This document shows, piece by piece, positions 58,963 to 64,000 of a DNA stretch of 64,000 nucleotides. Positions within the stretch are counted from its first letter, which is position 1. Each line of letters starts with the position of its first letter. The notes below the pieces were generated by a model, which worked only from the letters and a program-made list of their open reading frames with translations, was not told the DNA's origin and made no database searches. A program made the position numbers and the translations under genes. The stretch spans positions 72,052 through 136,051 of the forward strand of contig JAEUQT010000002.1 in assembly GCA_016789445.1 (NCBI GenBank), written 5' to 3'. Origin of the DNA: a bacterium (GTDB lineage Bacteria > Patescibacteriota > Minisyncoccia > Phycocordibacterales > UBA2100).

Positions 58963-58977
58963 TCGTTTTGCGATCAG

Positions 58978-59004
58978 AGCCGCACCGAGAGGTGCGGCTT
59001 TTCT
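58978..59004 (+). terminator. Rho-independent terminator (AGCCGCACC-GAGA-GGTGCGGCT + TTTCT)
   Basis: Perfect 9-bp GC-rich stem, 4-nt loop and U-tract, 16 nt after the stop of the preceding gene. Confidence 0.7.
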
Positions 59005-59069
59005 ATCCCCACATTTCCGAAGAAAAAAGGAGAAGCCCCGGAAAAGCTAGTAGTATATAGCTAAATCGC

Positions 59070-59780
59070 TTGCGAGCCTGCATGAAAAACGCAACCGACA
59101 TAGGTTCGTACATTCCGGCACGTGATGCCGCTCTTCGTGCGCGCCTGCATCCGGATTACATCGCACGCCTCGCGCGTCAGTCGAAGATCAAGGCAAAACG
59201 TGTCGGTCGCAAGTGGTATGTCGACGAATCCGCCCTCGAGAAATTCCTGAAAAGCCACTCGGAAGGGAAAGAAGAACGTCGCGAGAAATTGCGCGAGAAG
59301 CACAAGAAAGAATATCTTGAGCACGCACAGCCGCTTGCGCGCGTAGACGATACGATCGCGGATAACGTATCTCCACGCACACAGCATGCAGTCGTGACCA
59401 CGGTGAAGCACGCAAACCTCTGGGCGACTCCGGGCCTCAATGCACATGCGGTGACGTATGCGATGCACCCCGGAATCGACCTCTTCCATCGAGTCGTCGC
59501 TCTCGTTACGGCATTCGTTCTCGTCTTCGGCGCTTACGGACTCTTCGATAGGGAATTCGGCGCTGCAGCTGTTGACGCTCTTGCGTATTCTGCAAGCGGT
59601 ATCGTCGCATTTGCGGCTGTAACTATCGGTTTTTCGCCTGATTGTGCATCGGGAACCCAACGCATGGCGGCCGCAGCGCATCTCGCATTCCAGAATGCGC
59701 TCACCTCGATCGATAACGCGATGCCATCGGGACTTCCCGATACGTCACTCACCCCGCTCAGCGCAGCGTGCGCACACTGA
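59070..59780 (+). CDS. Membrane protein with N-terminal excisionase-like HTH module and two TM helices
   Basis: The HTH module is YIPARDAALRARLHPDYIARLARQSKIKAKRVGRKWYVDESALEKFL. The TM helices are VVALVTAFVLVFGAYGLF and GIVAFAAVTIGF. 236 aa. Confidence 0.45.
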   Translation: MRACMKNATDIGSYIPARDAALRARLHPDYIARLARQSKIKAKRVGRKWYVDESALEKFLKSHSEGKEERREKLREKHKKEYLEHAQPLARVDDTIADNVSPRTQHAVVTTVKHANLWATPGLNAHAVTYAMHPGIDLFHRVVALVTAFVLVFGAYGLFDREFGAAAVDALAYSASGIVAFAAVTIGFSPDCASGTQRMAAAAHLAFQNALTSIDNAMPSGLPDTSLTPLSAACAH

Positions 59781-59781
59781 T

Positions 59782-60546
59782 ATGACCTTCAAATTTCGCG
59801 CAAAAATGACTTCAGAGATACGTAACGCATCACACACGTCACTTATCGCATTTGTTATATCTCTCATTTCTTTTGTGGCATTTTGCTCGTTTCCATACGT
59901 ATCTCATGCGCAACAAGCGAAAATTCCTGCAGCATCAATCACTTCGATAGTGCGTTCGGTCGATACTCCTGGTGCGATCGATGTGAAAGGAAAGGCGCAG
60001 CCACGTACGACCATCAATGTCGAGATCATTTCCGATGATGTGGGTCCACTCTTGCGGCAGCAAACGGTCTCGAATGAGGCAGGAGACTGGTATCTCACTA
60101 TAGGAGATAGCTCATTCAAAGACGGTGCGTATACGTTACGTGCGATCGTGCAGGATCAAGGTGGTCTACTCGGTCCCGTAACCGAAGTACGCGGATATAA
60201 GATACAGCCGAAGCCTCTCTTAGATGTAAACGGCTACCAGTTCGGATGGCTCGATGCCTTCATAGGAGCCCTCTTCATACTTTTCCTCGTTGCCGCAGTC
60301 GGCAGTTGGTACTACGAGCACCGTCGTCGTATCCATGAAGAGCAGCTTCTTATGGCAGAGCGCGACATCCATAGCATGTCGCATAACCTCATGGAAGAAG
60401 TCGAGCGTCTCGACCACCTTATTCGAGACTCGAAGGGTATGGATCCGCATGTTGCAGCCGAAGCAGAGTATTTGCTGAAGAGTCAGCAGAATAAGCTCGA
60501 GAAGATGAAGGGGATGCTCGCCATCGAGCCCTCAAAGGCTATATAG
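59782..60546 (+). CDS. Bitopic membrane/secreted hypothetical protein
   Basis: Start MTFKFRAKMTSEI, 1 bp after the previous stop. It has an N-terminal signal/TM segment (SLIAFVISLISFVAFCSFPYVSHAQQ), a beta-rich middle, a second TM segment (FIGALFILFLVAAVGSWYY) and a C-terminal coiled-coil-like tail. Confidence 0.45.
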   Translation: MTFKFRAKMTSEIRNASHTSLIAFVISLISFVAFCSFPYVSHAQQAKIPAASITSIVRSVDTPGAIDVKGKAQPRTTINVEIISDDVGPLLRQQTVSNEAGDWYLTIGDSSFKDGAYTLRAIVQDQGGLLGPVTEVRGYKIQPKPLLDVNGYQFGWLDAFIGALFILFLVAAVGSWYYEHRRRIHEEQLLMAERDIHSMSHNLMEEVERLDHLIRDSKGMDPHVAAEAEYLLKSQQNKLEKMKGMLAIEPSKAI

Positions 60547-60620
60547 CCGAGATGTATCTCAATATCCGAGATAGAGCTTAAATAAAGGATGGAATAATAA
60601 CTCGGTTTGCCGAGAATACG
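60545..60620. repeat. ATCTCGGAT-family motif cluster (locus C)
   Basis: AGCCGAGATGTATCTCAATATCCGAGATAGAG ... CTCGGTTTGCCGAGAATACG (mostly in reverse-complement orientation, CCGAGAT). It is upstream of the second giant paralog. Confidence 0.35.
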
Positions 60621-60886
60621 TAGGATTTACCGCCAAGAAGTCCTTATACAGCAATCTCCATATGGATGAATGTCTGCAACCGCCTGCGATGGGCAGTTTT
60701 TATCTTCTCGGAATACTGAGAGCGGCAAACCGATGTCGCAGGGCCGATATCGAACATCCTATAACGAGTTTGTATCGTGTTCACGAGGTATTCATCTTTG
60801 TCCACAGTCTCAATACTTTTGAACCCGATATCGTCGGAAAAGCAAGTAAAATACTACTTAAATCGCATTGACGATATGGGACGTCT

Positions 60887-63800
60887 ATGACAGAAATCAT
60901 TCACCATGGCATGCGGCTTGTTCCGTCGCGCGAATCCGCGCGACGCTTCAATATCACGAACGATTACATCGGTCGTTTGTGCAAACAGGGCAAAGTCTCG
61001 GGATCCCTCATCTCGGGTTCGTGGTACGTAAATGAAGAGTCGCTCCGAGATTTCTTGCTCAAAACAAATCGAGAGAAATATGAGCGCCGTGAAGCGTTGC
61101 GCGAGCAGCGTGCACATGCATACCGCGAAGCACAGGCGCGCCTGCTCGGAGATGCGATACCGGCCAAGCGTGCTGTGATTGCCGAGAAAAAAGTTGCGCC
61201 GCTTCCTCCGCGACCGCTCCGCATTCATCCGGCACCACGACGTGTACCGAAGACATTCACGATCTTCGCGCAGCGTGGTCTCGCGGTCATGTTTGCGGTC
61301 ATTGTTGTTGTAGGCGGTTTGCGATTCAGCGATGCGAGTGTATTCCAGGTTGCGCGTGAAGTACTTCCGGCTGCTGCGGCGATCAGTGGTCGCAATGATG
61401 TTTTTGCAAACGCGTCGCAAAGCGCAATCGCGAAATTCTTGGGCGCGAATCGTGATAACGAGTCGTACTGGATCTGGTATGAGACCAGTGGTGCGACATA
61501 CGATCAGCCGGAGATCTCTTCCGGTCTCGCAGGAAACGATTCGGTCATCGGCCGCGTGATCGATGCGATCACTCCGGGTAGTATTTCGGAAGCGATTCTT
61601 AATGCGCGTCTCGCCGCACTCGAATCACGATTGATGGCGCTCATCTCGATCGTTCCGCCGACAAACAGTGTGGCGCCGGTGTATCACTATTATGTAGACA
61701 ATAGTAGCGGCATCGGTGGCAGCGGATTTGATGACATCGACATCACGAATTCGACGTACACCGGCGGTACGATCACCGGTGCAACGATCACGGGTGGCAG
61801 TGTTACCGCAACAGAGTTTGATGGAGTACTTCCGGTTGCAAATGGTGGTACCGGAACTTCGACGTACGCAGTCGGAGACATTTTGTATGCAGATTCGCCA
61901 TCGACGCTTGGTCGACTCGCGCAAGGAACGAACGGACAAGTTCTTAAAGTTGTCGGAGGAAATCTCGTGTGGTCGCAAGATATCGCCGGTGGCGGAGGTT
62001 CTGGTGCATTCGCAACCACCTCTGATGATCTTGCGATCTACGTCGCTGATCCAAGTGATGTTGTGATCATCGGATCGAATGCGACATCAACCACCGGAAA
62101 TATTCTTGAAATCGCCGGAAATACTCTGATGCGCGGTGCGCTCACCGCATACAACACGATTACCGGGCCGATCTTTACCGCAACATCAACGACGGCAACT
62201 TCGACGATGCCGCGCCTCAATATCACCGGCTCCCTCGGTATCGGCAGCGACTATATAACTGATATCTCAGGGGATGGCCTCTCGGTCCAATCCGGGGCTC
62301 TAGCATTGGATAGAACAGGGGATTGGACGGGTACGTTTGATGGCTTGGAAGGCAGCTACTATCTCGCGAATTCCTTCTCAACGACCTCTGCGTCATATTT
62401 CATCTCGCAGCAGAATCTGAGCGGCTTTTCGACCACATCAGCGGATTACTGGAAGACGCAGCGTGATTTCTTCGCCACGACCTCCGTCGAATACTGGAAG
62501 TCCGTCAGTAACTTCTTCTCAACGACCTCCGCAGCGTATTTCCTTTCTGAAAATCAGGAAGAAGCGTTCTCGACGACGTCTGCGGCATACTTCTTGTCGC
62601 AGCAGAACGTAAGCGGCTTCTCAACGACGTCAGCGGATTTCTGGCAGACGCAGCGTAACTTCTTCTCCACTACTTCCACTGATTATTGGAAGAGTGTAAA
62701 TAATTTCTTCTCGACTACGTCGGCTGATTTCTGGAAGACCGCAAACAACTTCTTCTCGACATCTTCGGCGCAGTACTTCGTCAATTCCTCGACGACGATA
62801 CCGAAGACCTACACCGCGAATACCTTCACGGCACTGCAGACTTTCGGTAACGCATCATCATCGATCCTCTCCGCTGATACGTTCTGTCTCTCAAACGATT
62901 GCCGCACCTCATGGCCGAGTGCAGGCTCGTCGTTCGCATATCCATTCCCGAACGATGCGACCTCAACCACCATTACCTTCAATAACGGTATCGTGAGCGT
63001 AGGTTCTACTACTATCAATGGGAACGCGACGACGACCGGTATGCAGAGCGTCGGCAGCCTGTACATTAATGGAGAGCGCTTCACCGATCTCACCGGCTCT
63101 GGTCTCCTCAATACGGCAGGCGTCCTCTCGCTCGACACCTCCGGCAACTGGACCGGTACCTTCGACGGCCAAGAGGGAAGCTACTATCTTGCGAACTCGT
63201 TCTCGACGACCTCCGCCTCATACTTCTCCTCCATCGGCCTCGCGTGGTCCACGACCTCAGCGAACTACTATCTTTCGCAGAACGGCGCGCTCGGCTTCTC
63301 AACGACCTCGAATGACTACTGGATGTCGCAGCGTAACTTCTTCTCGACGACGTCTGCAAACTACTGGCAGACGACGAGGGACTTCTTCTCCACGACAAGT
63401 GCGGCGTACTTCCTCGGTCAGAACCAGGGCGCAGCCTTCTCCACCACTTCCGCCAACTACTGGGAATCCCAGCAGACCGCCCGCACTGCCGATGACCTTT
63501 CTAATAATAGTATCGAAGATCTCTCGGACGTCGCGGCGATGACCGAGAACTACGGCGATCTCCTCTATTGGAACGGCAGCAGCTGGGCAGACATCGCCAC
63601 CAGCTCGCTCGGCCTGGTGACCTCGAGCGAGCTTGGTGCCTACCTTTCGCTTGCTTCGTGGTACGCAACTACGACGGACGGTCTTGATGAAGGCTCTGCG
63701 AATCTCTATTTCACTAATGCGCGCGTCCAGAGCTACCTCGATACGGTCGGTAAGGGATACTTCTTCTCAACGACCAGTGCGGATGCCTGGAAGGATCAAC

Positions 63801-64000
63801 GTAACTTCTTCTCGACAACTTCGGCAGCGTACTTCTCGTCCGTCGGCCTCGCGTTCTCGACCACGTCAAACGATTACTGGGCATCGGTACGTAATTTCTT
63901 CTCGACGACCTCAGCGTCGTACTTCCTCTCACAGAACCAGGGTGCCGCGTTCTCATCGACCTCGGCAAACTACTTCATCCATTCGTCGACGACCGTGCCG
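60887..64000 (+). CDS. Second giant surface repeat protein (paralog of 46483-55833), 5' part only; continues beyond window
   Basis: ATG at 60887; I translated the frame through to 64000 by hand and found no stop (1038 codons). N-terminal HTH-like module (LVPSRESARRFNITNDYIGRLCKQGKVSGSLISGSWYVNEESLRDFL). TM helix (GLAVMFAVIVVVGGL). Then GFDDIDITNSTYTGGTITG..., TGTFDGLEGSYYLANSFSTTSASYF and many FSTTSA-Y(W/F) repeats, as in the minus-strand giant protein. It is not in the ORF track because it has no stop in the window. Confidence 0.6.
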   Translation, partial: MTEIIHHGMRLVPSRESARRFNITNDYIGRLCKQGKVSGSLISGSWYVNEESLRDFLLKTNREKYERREALREQRAHAYREAQARLLGDAIPAKRAVIAEKKVAPLPPRPLRIHPAPRRVPKTFTIFAQRGLAVMFAVIVVVGGLRFSDASVFQVAREVLPAAAAISGRNDVFANASQSAIAKFLGANRDNESYWIWYETSGATYDQPEISSGLAGNDSVIGRVIDAITPGSISEAILNARLAALESRLMALISIVPPTNSVAPVYHYYVDNSSGIGGSGFDDIDITNSTYTGGTITGATITGGSVTATEFDGVLPVANGGTGTSTYAVGDILYADSPSTLGRLAQGTNGQVLKVVGGNLVWSQDIAGGGGSGAFATTSDDLAIYVADPSDVVIIGSNATSTTGNILEIAGNTLMRGALTAYNTITGPIFTATSTTATSTMPRLNITGSLGIGSDYITDISGDGLSVQSGALALDRTGDWTGTFDGLEGSYYLANSFSTTSASYFISQQNLSGFSTTSADYWKTQRDFFATTSVEYWKSVSNFFSTTSAAYFLSENQEEAFSTTSAAYFLSQQNVSGFSTTSADFWQTQRNFFSTTSTDYWKSVNNFFSTTSADFWKTANNFFSTSSAQYFVNSSTTIPKTYTANTFTALQTFGNASSSILSADTFCLSNDCRTSWPSAGSSFAYPFPNDATSTTITFNNGIVSVGSTTINGNATTTGMQSVGSLYINGERFTDLTGSGLLNTAGVLSLDTSGNWTGTFDGQEGSYYLANSFSTTSASYFSSIGLAWSTTSANYYLSQNGALGFSTTSNDYWMSQRNFFSTTSANYWQTTRDFFSTTSAAYFLGQNQGAAFSTTSANYWESQQTARTADDLSNNSIEDLSDVAAMTENYGDLLYWNGSSWADIATSSLGLVTSSELGAYLSLASWYATTTDGLDEGSANLYFTNARVQSYLDTVGKGYFFSTTSADAWKDQRNFFSTTSAAYFSSVGLAFSTTSNDYWASVRNFFSTTSASYFLSQNQGAAFSSTSANYFIHSSTTVP

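Noticed and set aside
60854-61420. 188-aa minus-strand ORF
   Set aside because: Antisense to the N-terminal HTH-TM region of the second giant paralog, whose frame is supported by homology to three other genes in the window.
63018-63542. 174-aa plus-strand ORF with Arg/Ser/Pro-rich translation
   Set aside because: Wrong frame. The same DNA read in the adjacent frame continues the giant-protein paralog (FSTTSA repeats) without stops.

Overview
64-kb window, about 55-60% GC overall, with AT-richer patches at ~16.5-19.3 kb, ~39.3-39.7 kb and ~43.8-46.4 kb. Gene content (SecA, GatB, giant TM-anchored repeat proteins, tightly packed or overlapping starts/stops, many fused enzymes) suggests a small-genome bacterium, possibly Patescibacteria/CPR-like; that placement is inference only. 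Layout: (i) 1-38.7 kb is one very large cell-surface glycan biosynthesis/export island. It holds GT4/GT2 glycosyltransferases, several GT-B/GT-C and methyltransferase-GT fusion proteins, a Wzm/Wzt ABC exporter, at least 7 methyltransferases including two paralogous 422-aa C-methyltransferase-like genes, a TPP-dependent E1 alpha/beta pair, ADP-heptose-like activation enzymes, a gmd-gmm-fcl GDP-fucose operon and an O-antigen-ligase(Wzy_C)+TPR protein. (ii) 38.7-39.76 kb is a repeat-rich, hairpin-dense non-coding kilobase upstream of secA. (iii) secA (39761-42313) is convergent with a secreted Cys-rich protein gene. (iv) 44.6-45.4 kb holds an IS200/RAYT-like HUH transposase flanked by palindromes. 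(v) 46483-55833 (-) is a 3116-aa giant protein with an N-terminal excisionase-like HTH domain, one TM helix, dozens of FSTTSA-aromatic repeats and a 1.23-kb intragenic tandem duplication. (vi) gatB is at 56345-57781. (vii) Two small proteins carry the same N-terminal HTH-like domain followed by a TM helix (57.8-59.8 kb), ahead of a short bitopic membrane protein (59782-60546). (viii) A second giant paralog starts at 60887 and runs off the window. It is absent from the ORF track because it has no stop codon in the window. A dispersed ATCTCGGAT motif forms arrays in three intergenic regions upstream of the surface-protein genes. The most novel signal is the repeatedly duplicated membrane-tethered HTH module, together with these motif arrays and the heavily methylated-glycan island.
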